Source: Pseudogymnoascus verrucosus
Taxonomy: Eukaryota
Strand: one strand, 5' to 3'
NCBI GenBank assembly: GCA_001662655.1
Contig: KV460243.1
DNA: 58,373 bases
Shown here: positions 36,853-49,892 of the stretch, one piece after another
How positions within the stretch are numbered: position 1 is the stretch's first letter
Layout of the letters: every line of letters starts with the position of its first letter
Translations under genes and position numbers: made by a program
Notes under the pieces: generated by a model
Told to the model about the DNA's origin: nothing
The model's input: the letters and a program-made list of their open reading frames with translations, nothing else
Databases searched by the model: none

Positions 36853-37754
36853 ATCGATATCGGAATCGCTCGCTCGATCGAATCGTGGCGCCCACGGCCG
36901 AGTCCCGCTGGCCCCGTCGCACGGTGTGGAGCCCGCTTGGATTCCGGGGTATCCTGGGTTCGTACTGTACAATCGCTGTTGGTTGGTGAAGGGGAGGGGG
37001 AGGTGTTTTAATCTGACGGTGCCGGGGCGGCGAAATGCATCGCTCGGCTGATGGGGTGTAGGGGGATTGTTGAGGGTTGTGTAAATGTCGTTGATGGGAT
37101 GGAGAGTGTGTGTTGTTTATAAGGCGGGTTTCGTGGGGTTTTTGGTGGCGGGAGTGGATGGATGCGATTGTCGATTCTATGACCCCCATGGGTGCCAAGG
37201 CTGGCCTGGGTCCTGGCTTACCAGTGGTTGGAGGGAACTAAAAGGGACGGATGGGGGGGGTTCCAAGGTCCAATCCCCGCAAATAATGTCTTTCACCCCA
37301 CGGACGGCTCTTTTTTTTAGACCGATGGTGAAAAATTATGGTAGGTACAGTGTCGGAATTGGATATATAATATAATTTATAGATCATTTTAGAGATAGAG
37401 TGTGCAAGCATCACATATAGATGAACATTAAAAAACGTCAATGTGACAAAGTGTCAGAGAGACAAAGTGTCAGGGTGGCAAAGTGTCAAAGTGTCAGGGC
37501 GAAAGTGCTGGAAAGGCAATATTCCTCCTCCATGCGGATATCTACATTCATTTGATCATGTTTGGTCTGCTTGCTCGGTCCCTGTGGTCCTTGTACAGCT
37601 GTACAGCCTCAAAACGCACGCCTTTTCTTGTAATTCCCCTGATCAACCTTCAATGGTATCGAGAAACACGATACAAAACGCCCCGTTTCTCCTAGCAAAA
37701 TGCGCAAATGCCACACAACGCCCCCCTTCTTCTTCTTCTTCCCCTTCCCACTGC

Positions 37755-38573
37755 TCATATCGGCTTGATCTTGAAGTGAAGGCCTATCAGCGAGAAGACG
37801 AGCGCCTTGAGGTCCTGCACAAGATAGTAGAAGACGCGGAGGCCTTCTGGGTCGGCGGAGTCGCTGACGTCGACGAGGGATCCGATCTTCGCTGTCTGGA
37901 TTGCGCAAGTGTTGTCAGTATTCCATCCCAGCACATCGTGACGCAAAGCGCAGCAGGCATAGCTTACCTCAAACGAGATGTGGTCATTCCCCAGTCTGAT
38001 CTCCAGCTCCTGTCGCCCGTCCTTGTTCTTCTGCGGCCACTTGCCATCATCTTCCCTGTGTCATCGTCAGCACATGTATATTGTGTGTTGTAACCAGCCA
38101 CCCTTTGCTTGACATACTTCAGGATCTCGCTGGTCTTGATAATGCGTTTGATCTCGTCAATCATCGTCGAGCTGACGCACACTACACTCATCCTGATTAG
38201 CTATACACCCAACCAGCAGGGGCAATCGGCCAGACGCACTCTCTTTCCGGATCAGGGAGTCATTGCGGTAGTTTGAGTTGTTCGCATATCGCGCCGATGC
38301 GCTCCTTCCATCGCCGAGCACGCGGAAGTCGAACTCTGGAGGAAGGCACAGTCAGTGGATGCGCAGCGGGAGAAGGGGCGGGCGTGTGAGAAAGGCACCT
38401 ACCTAGGAATTCATGGCCGTGTCGACCTTGGTGTCCTGAGCTGTAGAGTGAGTTAGACAAGACAGAGCTGCGGGGTATATGGGGTGTATTGGGTCAACGG
38501 GGAGGGGGTAGAGCAAGACATACTAGTATCGGACATAGAAGGGTTCAGAGTTTGCAGCACCGGTGGCAGCCAT
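37755..38573 (-). CDS. mago: Mago nashi (exon junction complex core), 6 exons
   Basis: [42 protein letters not shown] and [32 protein letters not shown]. Confidence 0.97.
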
Positions 38574-39207
38574 GTTGACTCTGAGTCTATAAGCCTGTGC
38601 CTATAAACAATTGATGCAGCTAGAGAATGAGGTTGAGGCTGCAGAAGGGTAGATCGTGGATATATATTAATCGCAGAAGGTCGAATTATTGTCTCAGCCC
38701 TGTCAAGCTTTCGCGACTGAGACCACCCAAAAGACCTAGTGGACGGTTCAAACACCACTATAAACCACTACAACCACCAAAATGACACCCTTGCTCCCAT
38801 TTTGGCGGGGCAGAAATCCCAAGGTACCACTCCACCCACCAAAACCGCCGCTTTCACGTGACTTGAATCGAACACATCGCTTAATTCACGGAATCTCCAA
38901 CGTGGTTCTAACTAAGGGGATAGAGCCGCAATTAAGAGAGCTTGCGGTTGATTGTTTGTTGATTCTCTGTTGATAAGCCTCACCTCACCAATATTTATAC
39001 CCTTGGGGACTCCGACTCTACAATCTTTTAACTACAACTTCCTGTTGACGCCGATCCCTCCGTCGACAAACCCTCCGCAAACCGACCGACCGACGGCCAC
39101 TGCCCGCGCATCGAACTGAAGCTGGGGAAACACGCAAGTCCTTGACCGACAAGGAGCAAAGCCACAGCCCACAGGTCCGCCCGATTCGGGGAGCAAACAC
39201 ACACACA

Positions 39208-42200
39208 ATGGCCTCCTTCCTCGAGAGCTCCTACAGCTTGGTGCACCAGGATAACCTCTCTGATGTGCCCTCCATGTCCGAGCTGCGCACGCAGCTTGAG
39301 AAGGGGACCGACGAGACCAAGATCGATACCATGAAGCGCATCCTCACAATTATGCTCAACGGCGATCCAATGCCCCAACTTCTTATGCACATCATCCGTT
39401 TCGTCATGCCCTCCAAGAATAAGCCCCTCAAGAAGCTCCTCTACTTCTACTACGAGATCTGCCCCAAGCTTGACGCCGGCGGGAAGCTCAAGCAGGAGAT
39501 GATCTTGGTCTGGTAGGTTCACCACATACATCTTCAATGATTCATAGCTAACTATAACTGCAGTAACGGGATCATGTTCGACTTGCAGCACAGCAATGAG
39601 TATATTAGGGGGAATACGCTCCGTTTCCTGTGCAAGCTCCGCGAACCCGAGCTCATTGAGCCCCTCCTCTCCTCGGTCCGATCCTGCCTCGAGCACCGCC
39701 ACGCATATGTCCGCAAAAACTCTGTTTTCGCCGTCTCCTCCATCTTCCAGCTCTCGGAAGCCCTGATCCCCGATGCTGCCGACCTGCTTGCGGCCTTCCT
39801 CGAGACTGAGAGCGATCACACATGCAAGCGCAACGCATTCGCCGCGCTCTCGAGCATCAACCACGACAAGGCCTTGGCATACCTCAGTAGCGTCTTCGAC
39901 GGTATCCCCAACGCCGATGAGCTAATCCAACTCGTAGAGTTGGAGTTTATCAGGAAGGATGCGTTCCAGAACCCCCAGAACAAGGCCAAATACCTGCGCT
40001 TGATCTTCGATCTCCTCGAGGCGGGTGCTTCCACAGTGGTATACGAGGCAGCGTCCTCCCTAACGGCATTGACGAACAACCCGGTCGCGGTGAAGGCAGC
40101 GGCTGCCAAGTTCATTGAGCTGAGCATCAAGGAGGCGGATAACAACGTGAAGCTTATCGTTCTCGACCGTGTCGATCAGCTACGTCGCAAGAATGAGGGT
40201 GTTCTGAACGACCTTACCATGGAAATCCTCCGCGTGCTGTCTAGCCCAGATATCGATGTCAGGCGCAAGGCCCTCGAGCTGGCCTTGGAGATGGTGTCAA
40301 GCAAGAACGTGGCTGATGTTGTGCTTCTCCTGAAGAAGGAATTGACAAAGACTGTTGACCAGGAGTACGAAAAGAACAACGAGTACCGCCAACTCCTTAT
40401 TCACTCGATACATCAATGCGCCATCAAGTTCTCCGAAGTTGCCGCAAGTGTCGTTGACCTGCTGATGGATTTCATCGCCGATTTCAACAGCACCTCGGCT
40501 GTCGATGTCATCTCGTTCGTAAAGGAGGTTGTCGAGAAGTTCCCCAAGCTCCGCCAGACTATCGTCGAGAGACTGGTCTCGACCCTGAGCGAGGTCCGCG
40601 CCGGAAAGGTTTACCGTGGCGCACTCTGGATTGTTGGAGAATACTCTACGGACGCCAATGACATTAGAGACGCCTGGAAGCGGATACGCGCCAGTTTGGG
40701 TGAGATCCCGATACTGGCTTCCGAGCAACGGCTACTGGATGAAGGATCTGAGGGCCAGGAGGAGAAGGAGGCGGCCACGAACGGCACCGACAAGCCATCA
40801 GCACCCACCGGTTCAAGGAGGGTCTTGGCAGACGGCACATATGCGACCGAGAGCGCTCTCACAAGCACATCCGCAGTACTGGCAAAGTTGGAAGCTGTCA
40901 AGGCTGCACAAAAGCCGCCGCTCCGTCAACTTATCCTGGATGGCGACTACTACCTCGCCAGCGTGCTGTCGTCAACCCTCACAAAACTTGTCATGCGCCA
41001 CTCGGAAATCTCCAAGGACGAGGCACGAACAAACGCCCTCCGCGCTGAGGCTATGCTGATCATGATCTCCATCATCCGCGTTGGACAATCGCAGTTCGTC
41101 AAGGCTCCTATTGACGAGGACTCAGTGGACAGGATCATGTCTTGTGTGCGATCGCTGGCGGAATTCGCGCAGAAGAAGGAGCTCGAGACTGTGTTCCTTG
41201 AAGACACCCGAAAGGCCTTCAGGGCTATGGTCCAGGTTGAGGAGAAGAAGCGCGCGGCGAAGGAGGCGGTGGAGAAGGCCAAGACTGCGGTCCAGGTTGA
41301 CGATGTCGTTCAGATCCGCCAGCTCGCCAAGAAGAACGCGAGCGATGGCGCTGATGAGATTGAGCTCGACCTCGAGAAGGCGACTGGAGGCGACACTGCA
41401 ACTGAGGATCTCTCGTCGAAACTCAGCCGCGTCGTCCAGCTCACCGGTTTCTCGGATCCAGTCTACGCCGAGGCGTACGTCAAGGTCCACCAGTTCGATA
41501 TCGTCCTCGACGTCCTGCTCGTCAACCAGACCACCGAGACACTGCAAAATCTGTCTGTGGAATTCGCCACCCTCGGTGACCTCAAGGTTGTCGAGCGCCC
41601 GACGACACAGAACTTGGGTCCCCACGACTTCCAGAACGTCCAGTGCACCATCAAGGTCTCATCCACCGACACTGGTGTTATCTTCGGCAACGTGGTCTAC
41701 GACGGCCAGAGCTCCACCGATAACAACGTCGTCATCCTCAACGACGTCCACGTCGACATCATGGACTACATCCAGCCAGCCACCTGCACCGAAACGCAGT
41801 TCCGCACCATGTGGACCGAGTTCGAGTGGGAGAACAAGGTCAACATCAACTCCAAGGCGAAGTCGCTGAGGGAGTTCCTGACGCAGCTTATGGCGTGCAC
41901 TAATATGACGTGTCTGACCCCCGAGGCTTCGCTGAAGGGCGACTGCCAGTTCTTGAGTGCGAATCTGTACGCGCGCAGTGTGTTTGGTACGTTTTTATCC
42001 TTCTTTCTTCCGTTCTTCCATCCTTCCTTCACTTCTAGGGGAGTTATCAAGTATACGGGATATTTACTAACATATCACAGGCGAGGACGCGCTAGCAAAC
42101 TTAAGTATCGAGAAGGAGGGTGACGACGGCCCCGTCACAGGTTTCGTCCGCATCCGCAGTCGCTCACAAGGCCTGGCACTAAGCCTGGGTTCGCTAAAGG

Positions 42201-42229
42201 GCCTCAACAAGGTCGGAGAGGTGGCTTGA
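39208..42229 (+). CDS. SEC26: Coatomer subunit beta (COPI)
   Basis: [66 protein letters not shown] and [14 protein letters not shown]; introns at about 39513-39562 and 41987-42080. Confidence 0.97.
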
Positions 42230-43058
42230 GCAGGGCCAGCTGCTGGGTAGTTGAAGAAGAGGGGGGTTACGGAACATACTAGAGCGCCTTCGCCGGCTGC
42301 AAAATGGATGAATTATGGGGACTGTGTCATGTCTGGGTATGTTGGGAGGGGGGCTTTATGATTGTGATGGAATGGGGGAGGGGGATGTAGTGCTAGAAGC
42401 GTTACATTGGTATATAATGCGAGCCACGCCGTTGTTTTGCGAAGAGAGGAGGCGCAAGAAAAGAAGCATTGGGCGTTTTTTTATGTAGAGACGTAGTAGG
42501 CATTTGCAATAGTAAAGAATTGATAAATGAAAGGGATTCGACGATGTGTGTGCGTGTGTTTATTTGAGGGGGAATTCACTTGTTAGAGTGTTGTTGCTTG
42601 CAGGATGAATATATATAACAAAGTAAGTAATTGTTCACTCATTATTCACTCAAGCGGCCTTTCACATGCAAGACATTTCTTTGTACTTTATTCCTCGTAT
42701 TTTAATGTTTCCCGTTTAATTAATTTATTTGCGTCTATTTTTGATCTATTTCCCCAGATCACAGGACAGGAACCCAGACCATCTAACCTCTCGGCGTTAT
42801 TGTTCCGACCCGTACTACTACTACTACTACACTACTACACACCACTACAACCTTCCTTAGTAAGGTAGCCTGGGTAACGGCCATTGCGGGATTACTACCT
42901 ACCTCCTCTTACTCTTATATTCACTGTCTTTATCTTCTCTCCTCTCTCCTCCTTCTTCTGTTCCTTCTTGTCTCCCCTCCTACTCATTCTCAAGCAAGAA
43001 ATCCAAAACGAAAAGGCATATATACAGCATGCTTAGACCACCACACTCGCTATAAGTA

Positions 43059-44905
43059 ATGACCGACCACCACGCAACACCCGCATCGCCCACCCGGGCC
43101 TCCAGCGACCCCTTCATGGACCCCGCTGCCCCCGACGCCTCCGGCGATGGAGACATTGACTTCGCGCGCGACACCACCCTCGTGGTCGGCAAAGATGCCA
43201 GCCTCACCCTCGGCACCGAGTCGCTGATTGTACTTGGTGAGCACTCCTCCTCCTCCTCCTCCCCTCTCCTCGCGCCCCTGCGCCGGACAGCCCGGCATTG
43301 GGCAGCACAGACACGATCCATGGAGCCAAACTAACGGGCTGCTTCGCGCCCAGATGACGATATTCAAAAAGACGGAAAGACGTCGTGCTGCGCGCTGTGC
43401 CGGCCCGGTACGCACCCCCGCCGCGCGCACTCGTGACAACAGCGAGACAGCGAGCCACCGCACTCCAACAAACAACAGAACTAACAGCGCAAAACAGGAA
43501 GCTCCAACACCCGCGCCATCCCCTTCTACAACGTCCTCTGGGCCGAAACCTCCGACACCCTCCTCACCATCTCCTTCGCGGCCCCCATCTCCAAAATCGC
43601 CGTCCGCCCAGAATTCCTCACCTACCCCCTCCCCCTCGACCCGGGACCAGCACGCATCTGGATCGCCAAGCTCCTCGACCGCGCGTACGGCGAGTCGCAG
43701 AAGCGCAAGCGCGCGAAGGTGCTCCTGAACCCGCACGCGGGGAAGGGCAGCGCGGTGAAATGGTGGATCAGGGATATTGAACCGATTCTCCGCGCCGCGC
43801 ACGTCGAGCTCGATGTACACACCACCTCGAGCCAGGGGGAGGCGGTCACGATCGCAGAGAAATTGGATATCGAGGCCTTTGATATGGTGGTCTCGTGCTC
43901 GGGGGACGGGCTGCCGCATGAAGTTTTCAATGGGCTTGGAAAGCGCCCGGATGCTCGGCGTGCACTGGCTAAGATCGCGGTCGTGCAGATGCCGTGCGGT
44001 AGCGGGAATGCGATGAGCTGCAACTTGACGGGCAGCGCGAGCCCCAGTCTCGCAGCCCTGGCGACGGTAAAGGGTGTCGTGACGCCACTGGATCTCATCT
44101 CCATCACGCAGGGGTCGACGCGCACGCTGTCCTTCCTGTCGCAATCGGTTGGCATCGTAGCCGAGTCTGATCTGGCGACTGAGAATATCCGCTGGATGGG
44201 ACAGGCGCGCTTCACCTACGGCTTCCTGACCCGACTGCTGAAGAAGAGAATATACCCGTGTGATTTGGCTGTCAAGGTCGTGATTGAGGATAAGGCTGCT
44301 ATTAGGGAGCATTATCGCCAGGAGAGTGAGAGGAGGGGTACGTTGGGCGAGAGACGCGGGAATAAAGATGAGAACGATGATGATTCGGCGGCCAGCACGA
44401 GCGCGGCGAATGAGGAGGGATTGCCGACGTTGAGGTATGGGACGGTCAATGATAAGTTGCCTTCGGACTGGGTGAATGTTCCCTATGACACGTTGGGCAA
44501 TTTCTACTGCGGTAATGTAAGATACCTCCCACCATTCCCATTTTCGCACACAAGGAAGTTTGTTAACATAAGCAGATGTCCTACATGGCCGCCGACGCAA
44601 ACTTCTTCCCCGCCACCCTGCCAAGCGACGGCCTCATGGATCTAGTCTGCATCGATGGCCGCATCGCGCGCACCGCCGCCGTGGACCTCATGCTCGCCGT
44701 CGAGAATAACAAGTTCTTCGACAAGCCGCTCGTCAGCTACCGCAAGGTGCTCGGATACCGCATTGTTCCCCGCGAGCAGGAGTCGGGATACATCAGCATC
44801 GACGGGGAGAGAGTGCCTTTCGAGCCATTCCAGGCGGAGATTCACCGTGGGTTGGGGACTGTGTTAAGTTGCTCGGGGTGGAAGTACGAGGCGCAGGGCC
44901 CATAG
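43059..44905 (+). CDS. LCB4: Sphingoid long-chain base kinase (Lcb4/Lcb5, sphingosine kinase)
   Basis: LLNPHAGKG, CSGDGLPHEVFNG, PCGSGNAM, AESDLATENIRWMGQARF and ISIDGE; includes a 54-nt mini-exon at 43354-43407. Confidence 0.92.
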
Positions 44906-45194
44906 TTGGGGGGGTGTCTTGTACAAGAGGGTAGGAGATGGGGAATAAGGGATGATGATGGATAGGATAGCGTTTGGAGATCAGTTTTTCGTCGCGTCGC
45001 GTCATGGCATGATATACCCAGGAGTTGCCATAGTCGAGGACGCTTGTATAATAGACTTGTGTAGATTGTACAGAATGCATTAATCGTCACCTCTTGCCAA
45101 CACCAGACGCCGCTGTCCCTCCCATGCACTCCACAGCCTATTCCATCCTCCAATAATCATCTGCTCAAGCACGCACATCACTTTTTTTCTTCCT

Positions 45195-45986
45195 TCACTC
45201 CGCAAAACCCCCCCATCCCTCATCCTCCTCCATAACCACATCCTCCTTCTCATTCCCCGGCAACCTCTCATCAGCAAGCGCCTCCTTACACTTCTTCCTC
45301 ACACTCTTTGTCGGGCTCTCCGTCCCCAACACCTTCAGCGGCTCCAGCAGCACCTCGAGCTCAACCCCCTTCCTCTTCTCCCCCAACCCCCCCGCCCGCT
45401 CCAACTCATCCACCCAAACATCAATAACATGGTACCTCATCCCATTCGGCACGCCCCTCGCCTCCGGCTCCAACGGTCCCTCCCTAAGCACCCTCATCTG
45501 CTCCTCCACCACCTCAGCTGTCCACCCCTTATCCGCGCACTGCGCAAACGCAGCCCCAACATACCGACGCGTCAGCAGCAGAAACTTCTCCATCCTCAAC
45601 ACATCGATGCGCGTCCACTCCCGCGCCATAGTAGTCCAGAACGCAGCCGTGAACGCGGTGCGGTTACTCGTGTGCGTGATTGCTGGGAGCGCGGCGAGGG
45701 AGGCGGCGAGGGATTGCTGCGGGAGCGGACGGTCGGTGAGCCACATTGTGTAGAAGAGCGCGGTGTGCAGCTTGAGGAGGGCGTCTTGGGGGAGGGAGCG
45801 CCGGCCGGAGAGGTAGGTGCGCAGGGAGTCGAGGGCGTTGGTGCGGGTTTGGCGGTCTAGAGGGGGGGGTTAGTGGGGTGTTCTACATATGTTTTGAACA
45901 ATGGGGGAGGGGGAATTACCGGGAGAGGCGAGTTGTTTGACGAAGGGGGTTTGGGAGAGGTCGGGGGTTGAGGTTGAGTCGGTCAT
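45195..45986 (-). CDS. RRP1: Nucleolar protein Rrp1/Nop52
   Basis: PFVKQLAS|.DRQTR, LFYTMWLTDRPLPQQ, MAREWTRIDVLRMEKFLLL and NGMRYHVIDVWVDEL. Confidence 0.92.
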
Positions 45987-46836
45987 ATTTGCGGTTTTGG
46001 AGGGACTTTCTTATCTCTCTTTTCGTCTGGGATGTAAAGAGAAAGATCGACGTTATCTGCGTCTAGTTTTCGAGGGGACGTATATTCTCGAATCGCCTAC
46101 AGCTCGTCGCGCTATTGAGGAGCTGGGATTGTAAGAGCGAGGGGGTTCTGGGCTTCTGTCGCGGCTACGACGGGGCGCTGAGGTGGGGGAATGGGTTTTG
46201 AGGTGTCGGCGATAAATAAATTTTGGAGGAGAATTTGGCGCGGGGACGCTAGGCGCGGGGCGCTATGTGCGGGAGTGGCGTGCAGTAGCGTAGGGTCGAT
46301 TGGGCTTGGCGGGGGGAGGATGGGAGGATGTTTATTTGATTTATTTATTTACGGAGGGATAAAGGTGATAATATTATAATAATTTGGATGAACTGAATCT
46401 GAGTATGCTAGATTTTAATTCTTGCTTGAAAGCTGAATCAAAGAGTGATGTTCGAATAAATTTACTTCTGGATTAATATTTTATTCGACAGTCAAAAAAT
46501 ATTAAATGCTAACAAGTTATCTCTCCCTCTGCCCAATGAGCTATTTACGGAGCATAAAAGCTATAAAAAAGAATGAGACCTGCCCTCTGATATATTTAGT
46601 TCTCGAATGTTAGAATCATGTCTTTGTCTGTCGCCGAAAGCAGTCTTGCCATGCTCTCGACAAAGAGAGCTGGTGACAATGAAGCTACATTCTCCAATGG
46701 AACAACCTCTTCTTCAGAGTCTACTATTAAATGCCTGACCTTCCTCATAAATTAGAGCCATGGCATCTATCCTGTTTCCTCTTCATCGCCTGTATCAATA
46801 TATATATCTTTATAAATATACTGATCACTTAATAGC

Positions 46837-48251
46837 ATGGTCAAGGTCAAGCGAGCACCTAAGTCCATGATCGGGGTCAACCGAGGCATGGTGGCCCGTG
46901 CACGGGCCCTCTCCGCCTTGTTGTCAACCTCCCACCTGCAACTTTCAAAGTCCAAGACTCGACCTCAGCCTCGCGACGATCGCGACCGTCAACGCGACCA
47001 GAAGCACTCAACGAAGATGCCACTTGATGACATGAGGGAGAGACACCGTCTGTACCATGGGACGACGAAGGTTTGTGATCTGACTTAAATTTCACATTTG
47101 AAGCCAATATTAACTCATTGCCATCCAGCCTGCCGAGGAGCTTGACCTGAGTGTGCTCAATACAAGACGTCAAATATCCAGACATCCGAGCGTCGCCAAG
47201 GCCCCATCCCAAGACGAGAATGACGACGTTGTGTTTTTATATGATACAAAGGGTCTGGAGAAGGAGAAAATCGGATGTAATTTTTGCGAGCTGGCCAAGT
47301 TCAGCACCCACTCCGACTATCCAGTCACTGTCACCAACAACGTCGACAAGGCCACGTTCCCCGAAGGATTTCACTTTATTGAGCACTCAATCCTGCGCGA
47401 AGGTGTTGCACGTGCAGACGCGGGGTTCAGGATGGGCTGCGAGTGCGGGGAAGATGGGGATTGTGAGTATCGAGGATGTTATTGCATTCAGGATATGGAG
47501 GCAAAGAAGAACAAGTTGGGGCAACCAAAAAAAGCGAACGCATATCTGTCGAAAGGGCCAAAGGCCGGCTGCTTGCGGAAGGATATACTCGACAGCAGAT
47601 TGGTGCTTTATGAGTGCCACGATTCTTGCGCTTGCTCCAAGGATTGCATCAACCGCATTGTCGAGCAAGGGAGGAAGGTGCCGCTGGAGATTTTCCGGAC
47701 ATCTGACGGACGTGGATGGGGTAAGTGTCTTTCCCACTCCCGCACCTGCACCGGCATACATACTAACCTACCCAGGCGTACGATCAAGCGTGACAATACA
47801 AGAAGGCCAATTCCTCGACACGTATGTGGGCGAGATCATCACGAGCGCAGAAGCGCAGCGTCGCCGGGAGGATAGCCGTGTCGCCCAGCGCAAGGACGTC
47901 TATCTGTTTGCCCTCGACAAGTTCTCCGACCCCGAGTCAATCGATGAGCGTCTTTCAGGACCCTGCTTGGAGGTTGACGGCGAATTCATGGCGGGGCCAA
48001 CCCGTTTCATCAACCACTCCTGTGACCCCAATCTGCGAATCTTCGCGCGCGTGGGTGATCATGCAGATAAACATATTCATGATCTGGCATTCTTTGCGAT
48101 CCGCGATATTCCGGCTGGAGAAGAGCTGACTTTTGACTACGTGGATGGTCTGGAGGGTGATTTGGCCGAGGATGGAAAGGTTCAGAAGCACCATAAGGAT
48201 ATGACTGAGTGCTTGTGCGGTGCGCCGGAGTGCAGGAAGTTTTTGTGGTGA
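46837..48251 (+). CDS. dim-5: Histone H3K9 methyltransferase DIM-5/Clr4 (SUV39 family); start codon either 46837 or 47017
   Basis: Pre-SET GCEC..C..C.C and YECHDSCAC...C.NR, SET GRGWG, YVGEII, RFINHSCDPN, ELTFDY and post-SET CLCGAPECRKFLW; introns 47071-47128 and 47721-47775. Confidence 0.95.
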
Positions 48252-48605
48252 TTGGGCGGGCTGTTGGGCAGGATTTACCTTGGGGGGCGGCGTGTTTGAG
48301 CATTTACGGCGTCATGATACCCGGTGTTTGTTGTGTTGGAGTACGGATCTTGACATGTTTGGCATGATTCTCGGAATGTATGGAGCTCGTTTTACATAAT
48401 AGTGTCTACTATGATATACATAGATCCAGCGACGTGTAAATACACAGTTACTCCTGAATGGAATTCAAGAGATCTAATTCCATGATTTTAAATGCTGATA
48501 TAAATCGTGAGCTATGCAGCCGCACGAGTATATGGCGCTCATCCCACAACTCGTCACCCCTTAAATTAACAATGATATACAGCGATCCAATGCCCTGTGA
48601 CCTTC

Positions 48606-49455
48606 CTACTCATCATCACTATCCTCCTCCAGCACTAACGCCCTTAACTTCTCATCCCTCGCCCAATCCATCCCACTCCCCGCCACAACCCCACTCGCAA
48701 CCCCCTTCATCAACCTCCACTTCTGCCGACTCCTCCTCACCTCCCGCTCCATCTCCTCAATCTTCCCCCTCATCTCCGGATCCGTAATACCCCCCTTCTT
48801 CTGCCCTTCCACCTGCTCCGCAAGACCCACCATCCTACCCGCCATCTCCGTGTTACTCCGCGATAGCACCAACCTCTCCGCCTCGATGGCTGTGAGTGCT
48901 TCCCTGGCAGCAAGCACTTGCGCCGCTGTAGCTGCTAATTCCGTAGACACATCGTCGCGCTGCTGGATCAGCGGGAGCAGATCCCTGTGAGGTCAGTCAG
49001 TTTGGTACAGTTACATATGGGAAACGCGGGCAAGCAAACCGTTCTATAGGACTAGCATTCGACCCAGCATGCACAGCTTTCAGTATCGGATTCGCCATCA
49101 GAATACTCTCCGCAATACTCTTCTTCAACGCATACCGCGCTTTGGCTTCCAACAGCGCCTGCTGCTCGGCTTGAAGGTCTTCATCAGTGACTTCGTCGGT
49201 GGATGCTGCGGGGTGTTAGATCACGTGCATCTATCGCGAGGGGGGGTTTGACTTGCCATTCTGCGTGGCTTCTGGGGCGCTGAGGAGGCCGATCTCAAGC
49301 TGGAGCTCTTCGAGGCGGTCGTAGAGGTCCAGGATTTGTCGCTCGAGTTCGGAGAGTTGGAGCTCAGTGAAGCTGTCTTGTGGGGCGTCAGGGTTTGTGA
49401 TTTCTAGACCAGCCATTCCACTCGCGGCGGTGCTGTCAATGTCTGGAGCGGACAT
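48606..49455 (-). CDS. Centromere protein H-like (CENP-H/Fta3) kinetochore protein
   Basis: LSELERQILDLYDRLEEL, ILMANPILKAVH, E|RDLLPLIQQRD and WRLMKGVASGVVAGSGMDWARDEKLRALVL; 3 exons. Confidence 0.85.
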
Positions 49456-49892
49456 TTATTTATTTTTGGTGTTATTCCTCTTCGTGTGTGATATGTACGT
49501 GGCTGTGAATATGGCGGATAATGTGAAATATGAGTCTTTATCAGTCAGCATAGGCGTAGAAATGACGGATATCGACTTTTATGCATTTCCCCCTCCAAGA
49601 CGACATGTTCAGCACAGTAACCCCCAGCATAAACAAACACGGCCACAGTGGCTGACGCCCTTTAGCGCAATCGCAATCGCGGCGCGGGATAATTTGGTGC
49701 CTGTGTGGCGGCGTGTGACGGGGTACGGGTGACGGGTGGACTGACCCTACATGCCTTAGCTCCGTCCTCCCAGGTCACTCACTCACTCATTCCTACCTCC
49801 GGGCAACCTCTTCCTTCTCTCCCCAACGCCCACCTTACAACTCCTCTCCTCTCTTCATGTTACCTTCCGAAGCTGTAGACTGAGCCCGGCGA

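Noticed and set aside
42812..42850. (CTA)n microsatellite
   Set aside because: Ordinary simple repeat.
43050..44624. Long antisense ORF (524 aa), and similar ones opposite SEC26, GID4 and ATG11
   Set aside because: Shadow ORFs caused by GC-rich codon usage of the real genes on the other strand.
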